DNA of 64,000 nt from Dictyostelium discoideum (taxonomy: Eukaryota). The stretch lies in NCBI GenBank assembly GCA_000004695.1, contig CM000153.2, positions 3,840,001-3,904,000 of the forward strand. Direction: 5' to 3'. Under the pieces are notes generated by a model that saw only the letters and a program-made list of their open reading frames with translations, did no database searches and was not told the DNA's origin. Shown here in pieces: positions 12,703 to 25,824 of this stretch. Every line of letters begins with the position of its first letter. Position 1 is the first letter of the stretch. The position numbers and the translations under genes were made by a program.

Positions 12703-13084
12703 GTCATCATATTTTTCATTATCAAAATTTAATGGAAATGGTATAGCTGTTGATTTACTATAAATAGTTTTGAAAAAATAAATTAATAAATCTATTTTTA
12801 GCTTTTTTTTTTTTTGATATTTTTTTTTTGATTTTTTTTTTTACATACACCACTGATTGTCTATCCATGTTTTAATACTACGTTTTTTTTTTTTTTCCTT
12901 TAATTTGTTTCAAGTTATAAAACTTTAATAAATGATGATCCTATGTGTTTATTTGTATGTACAAACTATTAATTATTTTAAAAAAAAAAAAAAAAAAAAA
13001 AAGTTAGTGTGGTGAAAAAATCTTAATTGATTGAAAAATAAATTTAATTAAAAAACAAAAAATCAAAAAAAAAAAATAAAATAA

Positions 13085-13126
<42 letters not shown>

Positions 13127-13733
13127 AAGATTAACAATGTTTTAGGTTATAATCACCCACACATATTATTAATGTATGAATGTCATATATTGTATATATG
13201 TTATGTGTTATCAAATATTGAAAATAGTTATTACTATTATTTTTATTTTTATAGTAATACTAATAATAATGTAATATGAATAACTCATACATATTCAAAT
13301 TATTAATATTATTATTAATATTATTATAATTATTATTATTATTATTATAATTATTTTTATTATTATTGTCATTAAAACTATTTTAATTCTAGCTTGATTA
13401 TTACTATTATTATTTATTTTATAGATTTTAACAATGGGTACTTGGATATCTTATCATCTCCTCTTTGTTTCATTAAAAATTTTAATATTTTTATTATTAT
13501 CCTTATAATTATTATTTTATTTTATTTAAAATTTTTTTTTTCTTTTTTTTTTTCTTTTTTTATTTTTTTATTTTATTGTTATTTTTTATTTTATTTTATT
13601 TTTACTTTCCAAAACATTGTTTCTAATCTGAATTTTGTGTGTGGGTGGGTATGTATCTGTGTTGATATTAACTTTTTCAAAAGACAGCCAAAAAAAAGAA
13701 AAAATGGCACACCTAGTTCAAACGTTGTTTTGT

Positions 13734-13768
<35 letters not shown>

Positions 13769-13785
13769 ACCAAATTAATAAATTA

Positions 13786-13786
13786 A

Positions 13787-13821
<35 letters not shown>

Positions 13822-13853
13822 AAAAATAAATAAATAAATAAATAAATAAAAAA
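13786..13853. repeat. (AAAT)n tetranucleotide microsatellite
   Basis: 'aaataaataaat...' run in the intergenic region. Confidence 0.8.
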
Positions 13854-14713
13854 ATGAATAAAAAAATGAATAAAAAAAAAAAAGAAAATAAATTAACAAG
13901 AGCGAATTCTTTTTTTATAGTTTTTTAATTTTTTTTTTTTTAAATTTTTTTTTTTTTTTTTAAAATTTCATTATAATAATTTTTTATTAAACATTTTAAA
14001 ATTTTTTTTTTTGGCGCCAATCCATATTAGTCCAAAATGAGATATATCTCTCTCTCTCACAAGTTAACTATAATATCAAGTGAAACACACACCACACACA
14101 ACACAAAAATAAACAAAAATAAAAATAAAAAATAAATTAAAAATTTTTTTTTTGTGTTTTTTTTTTTATTTTTTTATTTTTTTTTTTTTTTTTTAATTAT
14201 CAAGTAACTTTTATCACATACACTAAATTTTTTTTTTTTTCACCAAAAAAAAAAAAAAAATTAAAAAAAAAAAAAAAAAAAAAAACTATCAAAATATTTA
14301 TTATTTTTTTATATTTATAAAAATTTATTCTATTTATTCGGTTGTGGAAAACCATTATTGGGTTTTTTTTTTTTTTATCTTTATTTTTTTAATTTTTTTC
14401 ATTTTTTTTTTAATTTTTTTTTTTATTTTTTTTTTTATTTTTTTTTTATTGTTTTTTTATTATTTATTTTTTTTAACATAAAAAAAAAAAACCTATTGTT
14501 TTTAAAATAAATATTATGTGAAAAAGCAATTATGGATAGTTATTTTAATGAAATAAAACATCAACAATGTTTTAATAGAGTTAACATAAAAAGAAGTAAG
14601 GAGTTAAAACTAAATTAAAAAAAAAAAAAAAAAGATAGTTACTATCCCATAGGAACAAAAATAGAAAAACAAAAAATAAAATAAATAAATTAATTAATAA
14701 AAAAATAAAAAAA

Positions 14714-14744
<31 letters not shown>

Positions 14745-14788
14745 AATAAAATAATTTTTTTTTCTATATAAAATAAAGTATTAATTGG

Positions 14789-14821
<33 letters not shown>

Positions 14822-14981
14822 ATTATTATTTATTTTTTATTTAGAAAATTATGAAGAAGAGAGTCAAGTTTTAAAGAAAATTAGAACAACATATACAACA
14901 ACCACAACTACTAATACAATAACTAATACAACAACTAATTCTTCAAAATGTTTATTTAATGATTTATTTTCAGTGGAGTTA

Positions 14982-15950
14982 ATGGTTAAAATATTTGGAA
15001 TGTGTGACCCGTTTTCAACAGCATTAATACTTGTTTGTAAACATTGGTATAGTGTTTTAATAAATAACCAATTATCATTATGGAGGGATTTATCTGTTAC
15101 AATATTTGAAAAGAAACCTGCAACTTTTACACCAAAAAGTGATAGTATCGTTTCTTTCTTTAAAATGGGTTATGGTAAATCATTACATAATTTTTCAATT
15201 TCTTCAACATTTTCAAATAAAAATAATAATAATAACAACAACAATAATAATAAAAATACCAACAACAATAACAATAATAATGATAATAATAATAACAATA
15301 ATACCTTAGTAACACCAACATTTAATAATTATACAAGAAGAAATTCAAGAGAGTTGTTTTTAAATTTAAATAACCAAAAAAATAACAATAACAATAACAA
15401 CAACAATACTACTACCAATAATAGTATGTTTGAAAATACACAACATTGTAATATTGTAAAATTTACCAAAGAAATAAGTGGCCACTTGTCAAATTGTTTC
15501 AATTTAAAGAGTCTTGAACTTATATTACCATTGACAAATGAAGAGATGTACAAAATAGCAACCAACTGTAAATATATAAAACAATTAAGTTTCAATACTT
15601 TACTTATAAATGATAAGGGTTTAAAGAAATCATTTTCTGTAATGAAAAATTTGGATAGTCTTGCATTGATTGCATCTGGTCATGCAAATTTAGAATTCAT
15701 TAAAAGATTAGATAAACCTTGGACTCCAATGTCTACCATTTCACCTCACTCATTAAATAGTATTGCAACATTATTACCAAATCTAAAAAGTTTAAAATTT
15801 TCACTTTTACCAAATATTGGAAATCATAAAGAATTATCAACTACCGATATAATTTTAAGGCAACCAAATGATAATGATAATAATAATAATAATAATTTAA
15901 ATAATGTAAACAATAATGAAAATAGTATAATAAATAATATAAATAATATA

Positions 15951-16011
<61 letters not shown>

Positions 16012-17501
16012 TTAATAATAATAATAATAATATAAATAATAATATAAATAATATAATTAATATAAATAATGAAAACAATATAAATAATATAAATAATATA
16101 AATAATGTAAATGAAAACAATGTAAATAATAATATAAATAATATAGAAAATATAAATAACAATAATATAAATATAAATATAGATATAAATATAAATAATA
16201 ATAATAATAATAATAATGAAGAAATAATGCAAGAACAAGAGGTACAAGAAGAAATAATGGAAATTGAAAATAATAATATAAACCAAGAATTAAATAATGA
16301 AATGGAAATTGAATTGCAACAAAACCAACAACAACAACAAGAACAACAACAACCTCAATTAGAAGATATAATGCAAATTGAAGAAATATCAAAGATTAGA
16401 CCAAAGATATTTAATCCATTTACATCATTATTAAAATTAAAAGAATTAAAAGAATTAGAATTGATGAATTGCAACGTACCAAATGAATTATTGGTAAGAT
16501 GTGCATTGAATGACGAATCAAAGATTGAAAGATTGGTATTGTATAGAAATTCATTATTGACCGAATTAAAGTTTTCATGTAATACATTGAAGTATCTTAG
16601 TTTGTCATGTCTACCAATGCTTCAATCCATTGAGATTAATTGTTGTTCCTTGTTAGAGTTATCATTGGAAGGTTGTGAAAGTTTACAATCTACAACCATT
16701 TGGTGTCCATCTTTGACCGCACTTTCAATCGAGAGTTGTACTGGAACTTTGGTGATCGATTGTGCAAGTAAACTAAAGTCTTTGTCTTTGTTTGAATGCA
16801 GAGACATTGACGAGAAATCCCTAAACAAGATTGTCGATAGGTTACCAAACCTAAGAGAGTTTTATGTATATTTGGAGCGTGTAGAAAATTTACGTATTTC
16901 CTCAAATACCCTTGGGAAATTGGATATCGAGGCATGGAGTGGCATTAGATCTTGTGTTTTGGATTGTCCAAATCTAAAAGAGTTTAAAGCATCCGAGTCT
17001 TCAATCGATACCCTTTACCTCAAGGCTAATCATATCAATAGTATAGAATTGGATTTCTGTGACTCTTTACGTACGGTCCTCGTTGATCTTTTATCTTGTC
17101 AAACATTTTCTTTTACTCAAAATCATCCAACTTCCTCAAACTTTAATGTTGACTTAAATTCTTTACATTTAGATGACCCAAATTATAATATTTCAGAGAA
17201 AGATGATGAAACCAGTGGTGGTGGTAGTGAAGATTGTTTCCTTTCTCCAACTTCTTTATTCCTTCAATCTCAATTATTCATTAAAAACTGTACAATTTTA
17301 AGTGGTAATATTGTTGGTAGATTGGGCTCAAACTCTGTTGATGCACTTTCAGTAGAATTAAAATCATTAAGTACTTTTTCTTATGATATTATCAAAATTC
17401 ACAGATTAAATACATATAGAGAAGCTAAAACTTCAAGTGGTAGCATTAGATTTGTCCCAATTGGCTATAAACAACAACCAACTCAACCAAATTTTAAATA
17501 A
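14982..17501 (+). CDS. F-box / leucine-rich-repeat protein with long poly-Asn/Ile low-complexity insert
   Basis: ORF 14973..17501. First in-frame ATG at 14982 ('ELMVKIFGMCDPFSTALILVCKHWYSVL' is an F-box-like helix pattern). C-terminal half carries Cys-containing LRRs of FBXL type ('LKYLSLSCLPMLQSIEINCCSLLELSLEGCESLQSTTIWCPSLTALSIESCTGTLVIDCASKLKSLSLFECRDIDEKSLNKIVDRLPNLREF'). The frame stays open ~170 nt upstream without an ATG, so an upstream exon (acceptor 'ttttcag' at 14971) cannot be excluded. Confidence 0.6.
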
Positions 17502-18077
17502 TCTTTTTTTTTTTTAAAAAAATCAAATAATTTTTTTTTTTTAATATATATAAATATTTTAATTTTGATCAAAACAAATAAAAAAAAAAAAAAAAAACAA
17601 AAAAAAAAAAAAAAAAAAACAAATAAAAGCGCAAACAAATAAACTATATAATTTTAATTTATACTTTGTAAAGTTTTTTTTTTTTTTTTTTTTTTTTATT
17701 TTCTTCCAAGAAGTTATTTTTTGTCTTCCAAAAAACAAAAATGGATTAACTTTTTATATTTTTTATTTTTTTATTTTTTAAAACCCCACAAACTGTTGAG
17801 TCATATCCAATTCTATTTGTATTACCTATCATTCATTTGCTCTGAAATTCAATAACATTGACAATATCAATCAGCTTTTCCTTTTAAGTATAGTTTCAAC
17901 AACTTAATCATTTCTCGCCTTGAGGAATTTTAAAACCTGTTAAACCTTTTTAATATGGCTATTAAACCTGTTTTAATTTTTTTTTTTCATTTTATTTTTC
18001 ATTTTTTAATTTTTTTTTTTTTATTTTTTTTTTTATTTTTTTTTTTTTCAAAAATTTTCAATGGATAAAAGGAAATA

Positions 18078-19821
18078 ATGAATTTATGTTTGATTGATCC
18101 TTTTAAACAATCGGATGTACCAGAAACAGTAGAATACTATTTGGTTGATCCAAAGAATATTAAATCAAATTGTGCATCATTCAATAGAAGAGGTACTTTA
18201 CTTGCAGTTGGTTGTGCAAGTCCAATAGGAAAGATATTAGTATGGGATTTTGATACAAAAAAGATTGTTAGAACATTATATCATCATACTGGTTGTGTAA
18301 ATTCAATATCGTAAGTTATTTATTAATTTATTTATTTATTTATTTACTTACTTACTCGGTTATTTTTTAAAATAGTTGGTCTAGAAATGGTAAAAAGTTA
18401 CTTACGGCAAGTAATGATGGATCACTTGTACTTTGGGATTTAGCAACATCAAAAATACTCTACAGTTTAGAATTAGAGTCACCAATTTTATTTGCTGAAT
18501 TTCATCCAAGAAATAAGTAAATATTATTTTATTATTATTTATTATTTCTTATTTATTATTTATTATTTATTATATTTATTAATATATTTTGTTTTTTTGT
18601 TTTTGTTTTTGTTTTAGTGATTTATGTTTAATAGTTTTACAAAAAGGTACAGATCCAATATTATTAAATTTTAAAAGTAGTGAAAAAACACCATTGAATA
18701 TAAAATCATTAGTAACAAGTTATATAAAGAGAGAAGAGAATTCAACTGGTGTAATTCCAACTAGTGTAAATAGTAATTATAATGGTGTGGCAACATTTGC
18801 ATCATTTAATAGAAGAGGTGAAAAGATATTTTTTGGTGATAGTTGTGGTATGATATCAGTATTGGATTTTAAGAGTATGACAATCGATAGACAATTCAAA
18901 GTTGCCTCATCAAATACAACTGTGAAACAAATTGAGTTTAGTAGAAATCATAGATTCATGTTAGTTTCATCATCTGATAAAGTGTTACGTTTGATTTCAT
19001 TAGAGTCAACTAATTTGTATCAGCAGATGCGTGAATATCAAGATAGTGTCAATAGAATGCATTGGAAGAAATGTTGTTTCAGTAGTAACAATGAGTATGT
19101 AGTGGGTGGTATGAATCATAAATCAATTCATAGTATTTTCATTTGGAGTGTTAGTGGTAGTTTAGTTAAAGATTTAGAAGGTCCAAAAGAAGGACTGGTA
19201 GATGTCGTTTGGCATCCATTAAGACCAATCATTGTTAGTATAAGTTTCACTGGAGTAATTTATGTTTGGACTGCTTATTTCGAAGAGAATTGGAGTTCAT
19301 TCGCTCCTGATTTTCAAGAATTGGAAGAGAATTTAGATTATGTTGAAGATGAGGATGAATTTGATGCAAAAGATAGTGATAATGAAAATCAAGAAGTTAA
19401 CAATAATAACAATAATAATATTGGTCGTAACCCTTATAAGAAAATTAAAACTCAACAAGAATTAAATGATAAAAACTCTGAAGAAGAAGAGTTTGTAGAT
19501 GTTGATCATAATGATAGAATAACTGAATTTAGTAGTGATGAAGAGGAAGATTTATTTTGTTTCTCTGCTATTGATGATAGATACGTTTCAAATGTTAAAT
19601 TTGATGATCCAAGACATCCACTCTATGAAAAATATCAAAAAGATAAAGAAGACTCTTCTTCAACCACTTCAAATTCAACAATATCATCATCATCATCACC
19701 ATCACCATCATCATCATCAACTACAACAACAACAACTACATCTCAAAAAAAGGATGAAACTCAAAAAAAAGAAAAATCTACAAAAAAAGAAAGAAATTCT
19801 GATTCAAAAAAAAGAAAATAA
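18078..19821 (+). CDS. RBBP5 / Swd1 homologue (COMPASS/MLL complex WD-repeat subunit); join(18078..18310,18376..18516,18618..19821)
   Basis: Exon 1 'MNLCLIDPFKQSDVPE...ASFNRRGTLLAVGCASPIGKILVWDFDTKKIVRTLYHHTGCVNSI' ends at GTAAGT donor 18311. Exon 2 (acceptor 'aaatag' 18375) 'SWSRNGKKLLTASNDGSLVLWDLATSKILYSLELESPILFAEFHPRN' ends at GTAAAT donor 18517. Exon 3 starts after 'gttttag' (18617), in frame with ORF 18589..19821. Strong match to human RBBP5 N-terminus ('CTFNRWGTLLAVGCNDGRIVIWDF...CWSRDGHKLVSASTDN...SPILKVQYHPRD...ASFDRRGEYIYTGN'). Confidence 0.8.
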
Positions 19822-19997
19822 AATAAATCTATTTGTAAATAATTTATCATGGTTTTTTTTTTTTTATATTTTATATTATTTTAAGATTTTTCTATTTTAT
19901 TAAGATTAAAAAAACATATTTTATATTTATTTATTTATTTATTTTTTAATTTTTATTTTACAATTGTTTAAATTAATTTTTTTTTTTTTTTTTTTTT

Positions 19998-20462
19998 TTA
20001 ATAAATAATAGCAACACCATATGTATTTAAAATATATTCTAAAGTATCTAAAAAGTTTGGTTTTGATTTTAATGGATAAGTCATCCAAACTATTTTTTTT
20101 GAATATGGATGTTGAATAATTGGAATTTCAATATCTAAAACATAATCATAATATTGTGGATTTTCTAATGTTACATTTGTAAATTGTGGGAATTCTTTGA
20201 ATGTTGAATCACCATATACATCGAATCTTAATTTTTGAATATCAGTTTGTAATAAAACCTGAGTGTTATATCTTGTTGATAAAGTTTTCATGTCAATCTC
20301 AACAATTTCATTAACATCGTTTATACCGCCAGTTTTTTTAACAACTAAAACACCATTATGTGGAATTTGAGGTATTGGTATTCTCATTTCTTTTGGTGAT
20401 ACATGAACTATTAATTGATTAAATATTATTAATCCAATAATTATAAAAATCATTTTCATCAT
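19998..20462 (-). CDS. hypothetical secreted protein (N-terminal signal peptide), 154 aa
   Basis: ORF 19998..20462 (-) 'MMKMIFIIIGLIIFNQLIVHVSPKE...'. Hydrophobic N-terminal signal-like segment and AT3-biased codon usage. No recognisable domain. Convergent with the RBBP5 3' end. Confidence 0.4.
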   Translation of the reverse strand: MMKMIFIIIGLIIFNQLIVHVSPKEMRIPIPQIPHNGVLVVKKTGGINDVNEIVEIDMKTLSTRYNTQVLLQTDIQKLRFDVYGDSTFKEFPQFTNVTLENPQYYDYVLDIEIPIIQHPYSKKIVWMTYPLKSKPNFLDTLEYILNTYGVAIIY

Positions 20463-20840
20463 TTTTTTGACTTTTTTTTTTTTTTTTTTTTGTTTTAGAG
20501 AATTGAATTATTTAAATTGGATTTTTTTTAATTCTATAAAATTTGAATAAACAATGTTTTTTTTTCAAAATAAATAAAATTTTAAAATTATAATTAATAA
20601 AATTATTATTTTTTAAATTAAATTATTTATTTTATTTTTATTTTAAAATTATAATATTAATAGTTCTAATTATCAGTTAAAATTGATTTAAAAACAAAAA
20701 AAGATTGGATATTTAAAATATAAAAATAATTTTTAAAATTAATAGCAATTAAAAAAAAAAAAATAGTATACTCATTTGTTAGTTATTTTTTATTAATTAA
20801 ATTATAATAATTTGAAAAAATCAAGTTACAAGTTTTATTG

Positions 20841-20871
<31 letters not shown>

Positions 20872-21548
20872 AAAAAAATTTTCAATACCCAAATTTAAAT
20901 AAATATTTTAAATGTAGTTTTTTTTATTAATTATTGTTGGTTTTTTTTTTTTTTACCAATATTAAAAAAAGATAAATCTTTTTGACTAGAATTGGGAGAA
21001 ATAAATAGATAATTAAAGTAGTATCTATGTAAAATTGTTATGGGGTTTTTTATTTAAAATTTCATTTATTAAATCTTACAAATTATTTATTTAATTCATA
21101 ATATTGGTGTTAAAAATAATTGAATATGTTATTACCCCATTATTCGCTTAAACAATCATACGGTAAATTATAATTATTACACAGTTATGGGGTATTAAAA
21201 TTAATTTTTTTTTTTTTTTTTTTTTTTTCATTTATAAATATCCAAAAAAATAAATAAATTATATGATCATAATCTTTAACATTTATTTTATTTTTTATTA
21301 TTTTTTTAAACTAATATTTTTTTTAATTAATTATTTTTATTATTATTAATATATTTAATTACAGTGTGTGTGAATGCGTATTGAAGGATAGATTTTGTTT
21401 ATAAAAAAATAAAAAATAAAAAATAATGGTGCTAATACTGTGGAAATACCACCTTTTTTAAAAAAAAAAATATAATGTAGGTGGTAAATAAAAAAAAAAA
21501 ATGTGTGATCAAAGTTTTTATTTTATATTTTTGAATTTAAATTTATAA

Positions 21549-24500
21549 CTACAATCCAAATCTTTTGATTTTTTTGGTATTTGATTTGTTACCACTACTG
21601 TTATTATTATTACTATTATTGGTACTGGGTGTAGAATTTGTGATTAATGAAGATTTTTTATTATCAAAATTAATATTATTATTTATATTAGTTGTAGTAT
21701 TAGTAGTAGTTGTAGTGGTGGTAGAAGTTTGATTTACTTTTATAGTACCTTTTTCTTTAGCATTAATAATATTACTATTATCAATATTATTGTTATTATT
21801 ATTATTATTGATATTATCATTAATTTTATCTTTAATTGGATCTAATTTTCTTTTTTTATCTTTTAATGATTTTTTGATTGAGAAAAACATTGGACCCATT
21901 TCAGCTAACCAATTTGGGTCAACAGCGGTTACAATTTGCATATATTCTTTTGAGGTCATAACTAATTCATGGTAGACAATATAGTCGGGAGCATAACCAA
22001 GACCATAGAGTGCACTTGTTGGATGAAGGAAACATGGCATACCATTTCTCATGTTTACATATTCACCAATACCTTTAATCTTTGCAGAATGATGAAAGTA
22101 AGAAGAAGTGATAGCCTTTCTAATGATATCCCAATTTGAACCACATGATTCAACCTTCATATCATGTTGTACCATAATATCCAAGAGTTGACCACGAACC
22201 TCTCTAACTTTTCTCATTGCTTTAATGTGAATATAATGTTCAGCACACCATTGTGAGCTATAGTTGTTGATTTTCCATTGTTGATAAACATGTAACAATG
22301 TTAGATGATCGGATTCTGGAACAAAGAATTTCTCTCTTGAGGCATCACTCTCTTCTTCAGCACCTTTAGGTCTATAGAAAACTGATGGCATTGATAACAT
22401 ACTAACGATTGTAACTATATCTTGACCACACCCCAATTGCTCTGCAACTATAACCATTTTCGATAGTGGTGGATCCAATGGAAATTCCGACATTCTCTTA
22501 CCCAATGGTGTGATTTGACCTTGATCATCCAATGCTCCCAATACCCAAAGTTGATACATTGAATTCAAAATATTATCTTGTGGTGGTGGATCCATAAAAT
22601 CAAAATCCAATAAATTCTTTACACCCATTGATTTAAGATTCAATACTACATTACCAAGATTTGTACGTTGAATTTCTGGTATATTATTATCCATCAATTC
22701 ATATTTAAAAGCGGATTCAGTGTATAATCTATAACATCTACCAGGACCAGTACGACCAGCTCTACCTGAACGTTGATTTGCATTTGCCTTACTGATGGGT
22801 GTGACTTGTAATGAATCCATACCAACTCTTGGATTGTAAACTTTTAATTTACAATAACCAGTATCGATAACATAGAGAATACCATCGACAGTCAATGAAG
22901 TCTCTGCAATATTTGTGGCGATAATACATTTCCTAGAGCCATTATCTGCTTTTTCAAAGATTTTAGCTTGCATATCTGATGGTAATTGAGAGTAAATTGG
23001 TAACAATGTTAATGGTGGTGCTTGTGGTCCCAATTGTTTAATTCTTTCTTCAACGGTTGCACAAGTGGTTTCAATATCTTCTTGACCAGTCATAAACACC
23101 AGTATATCACCAACACCCTGAGTCACATGTATTGATAGAATTTGTTTAACTGCTGAATCAACATAATCTTCACATGGGGTTTTACTCCAAAGTACATCGA
23201 CTGGAAAAGTTCTACCTGGTATAGTGAATACGGGTACATCACCGAAAAACATTGAAAACTTTTTACTATCCATTGTTGCAGATGTTACAATTAATTTCAT
23301 ATCATATCTTCTTGACATTACCTTTTTTAAAATACCAAATAACACATCAGTATTTAATGAACGTTCATGTGCTTCATCCATAATGATTGCAGAGTATTTA
23401 TCCAAGTTTGGGTCATTAAATGACTCTCTTAATAAAATACCATCAGTCATATATTTAATTGCAGTTTCATTGGATGTACAATCTTCAAAACGAATTGAAT
23501 AACCAACTTCATTACCTAAAGTAACAGACATCTCTTCACTTACACGCTTTGCCACACTAACTGCAGCAACCCTTCTTGGTTGGGTACATCCAATTTTTCC
23601 AAATTTTGAATAGCCATCTTCATATAGATATTGAACCAATTGAGTGGTTTTACCTGAACCAGTCTCACCAACTATAATGATTACATTATTCTCTCTAATG
23701 ATCTTCATTAAATCATTTCTACAACCAAATATTGGTAAAAATTCACGTTGTTCTTTTATTGTTTTGGTTTTTGAGAATTCACTTGACCCTTCAGTTGGTT
23801 TATTTGGTGTTAAATGGGATGCAAATTGTGATTGTGCTTTATAATTTAAAACTTCACCGGTTTCTTTATCAATTTGCTCACCACCACCACCGCCATTGGC
23901 TAATTGCTGTTCTTTTTCTTTTTCATCCTCACTCTTTATACCCATAATTTTACCAATTGCCGTACCACCCAACTCCCAAACTTTCTTTTGACTTTTTATT
24001 CGGTCACGTTTCTCTCTAAACTCTTTCATTAATGCACTACCTTTTCTTGAAATAACAGCCATATCAGAAGTTGGATCTTTAACGGTTTGAACGGCACGTT
24101 GCTGTTTGGTTAACACTTGATGACCATCTAAAAAAGGTGGAATTGTATTATGAACTAAAAGATTAACTCTATTCTCATCATCTTCTTGTAAATGATCCAA
24201 ATCGATTTCATTTTGTAATATTACACCACTTTGCATTAATCTATTGGTTTCCCATCTTGAATTATCCTCATTCATTTGATTTTGTTTTGCTGTTACTTTT
24301 TTCTTTTGTGATCTTGTGAATTCTTCTTCCATCTTTTTAAATTTCTTTTCATCACCTAAAAATACACTATCAGCATTACTACTATCAAAAACACCACCTT
24401 CACCTTCATCTGCATCATAATATCCTCTATCAAATTCTTCTTCTTCATATTCTTCTTCTTTTAAATGTGGTTTTTTATTATTATTATTATTATTTTGATT

Positions 24501-25399
24501 ATTTTGATTATTTCTACCTGACCATGAATTATAATTATGAGATGGTGTTCTTTGTGGAGTGTCATATGGTCTGTTATTATTATTTCTATTATTTTGTTGT
24601 TGTTGTTTTTGTTGTTGATTATATCTACTTGGTGTTTGATCATTATCTCTATTTCTTTGAGGTGTATCAAAAGGTCTATTATCACCACCACCTCTATCGA
24701 TATCACCTTTTCTATAATCATTTCTATTTATACTTCTATCGTCCCTTTTATATGATGGATCTCTATTTGAATCTCTTGATGGTGTTTGATCATTATATCT
24801 TCTTTGTGGAGTTTCAGAGTTTTTATTAAAATCCTCACCTCTCCTATATGATGAACTTCTGTCATCTCTTTTATAATCTTCTCTATTGCTACTTCTATCA
24901 TCCCTTCTATAATCATCCCTATTACTACTACTACTACTACTTTTATCATCCCTTCTATAATCATCTCTCCTATTACTACTACCACTTCTATCATCTCTTC
25001 TATAATCATCTCTATTACTACTTCTATCATCTCTTCTATAATCATCTCTATTACTGCTCCTATCATCTCGTCTATCATATGATGATGAAGAAGAAGAAGA
25101 AGAATTTCTTTCATAATCATTTGAACGAATTGGTGTTGATTTTATCTGTCTATAATGTTTTTCAGGTTTTTTGAATGAAGATTCATCATTATCATTATAA
25201 TTATCATTATTACTATCGTCATCATTATTAAATCTATCTAATAATTCTTTTCTTCTTTTCTCTTCTTGTTCTTCTCTTTTTTCTTTTGCTAAAATATCTA
25301 AACCTAAAACTGATTTTTTCACTTGTGGTATTTTAAATTGTTCCTGTAATAAAAGTTATTGTTTCTTTTGTTAATATTAATAAACTCTAAATATTAAAG

Positions 25400-25431
<32 letters not shown>

Positions 25432-25824
25432 ATTTTTATTTTTATTTTTACCTACATCATTATTTGTTGAATTTTTTCTTGTAATTAAACCGCCTTTCAT
25501 AGTTTCTGCTAATGGTTGATTTGATTGAGTTGTTGTTGACGTATCTTTTGTAAAAGATAATGAAGTTCTTTCACCACTACTACTATTATTACTTTCATTT
25601 TTATTTGTTGATTTTTTAACTTTATCATAAATATCATCAATTATATAATCATCAGGTTTAATACCATATTGAGCACATGATTTTATAAATTGTTCTTTAT
25701 TATTGGATCTAATAACTTCATTAAAAATTCTTAATGCAAGTGTTTGATTTGTTGTTGGTAATTTTAATGATTTTGATACTTTTTCTCCAATATCTTGTAT
25801 TAAATCCCTATCAACATTATCCAT
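21549..25824 (-). CDS. Pre-mRNA-splicing factor ATP-dependent RNA helicase Prp16 / DHX38 orthologue (DEAH-box); join(21549..25343,25456..25824)
   Basis: Main ORF 21549..25322 carries DEAH-box motifs '[10 protein letters not shown]', 'DEAHERS', 'TSAT', 'TNIAETSLT', 'QRSGRAGR'. DHX38-specific stretches: '[42 protein letters not shown]', '[21 protein letters not shown]', and the C-terminal '...KRFGL' (human '...ARFGL'). N-terminal RD/RS-like 12-aa repeats [12 protein letters not shown]. Exon 1 = ORF 25387..25824 up to ...KNSTNND (donor GTAGGT at 25455). 112-nt AT-rich intron. Acceptor 'ttattacag' (AG 25345..25344), in frame to '[25 protein letters not shown]' (human '[20 protein letters not shown]'); 'GGLITRK' in exon 1 parallels DHX38 'GGLICKSK'. 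Confidence 0.85.

Noticed and set aside
12849-12868. Possible 20-nt first coding exon (ATGGATAGACAATCAGTGGT + GTATGT donor) for the dynamin-like gene, splicing to acceptor 'tatag' at 12759..12758
   Set aside because: It is in-phase and cannot be excluded. However, the downstream ATG at 12702 gives an N-terminus (MYKAYNKIMVL...) that aligns residue-for-residue with the dynamin N-terminus (MDQLIPVINKL...), so the shorter model was preferred.
13085-13773. ORFs of 60-123 aa in the 12.9-14.9 kb intergenic region
   Set aside because: Homopolymer and microsatellite translations (poly-K, poly-F, IIY) without coding character.
15824-16392. Minus-strand poly-Leu/Ile/Tyr ORFs (112-129 aa) inside the F-box/LRR gene
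   Set aside because: Antisense of the (AAT)n/(ATA)n poly-Asn/Ile coding tract; composition artefact.
21117-21190. 8-bp inverted repeat TACCCCAT ... ATGGGGTA separated by ~55 nt in the intergenic region upstream of the Prp16 3' end
   Set aside because: Too short to be significant in 64 kb of AT-rich DNA; no further support.
24461-25174. Overlapping plus/minus ORFs (72-130 aa) rich in Y/H/I/E
   Set aside because: Alternative-frame readings of the 36-nt [12 protein letters not shown] repeat region of the Prp16 orthologue.
25387-25824. 145-aa ORF in the track that looks like an independent small gene between the two helicase genes
   Set aside because: It is exon 1 of the Prp16/DHX38 orthologue. 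Its first 123 codons are coding and end at a GTAGGT donor (25455). The rest (poly-Phe) is intron read-through. It splices in frame to 25343, and its sequence ('GGLITRK') matches the DHX38 N-terminal region.
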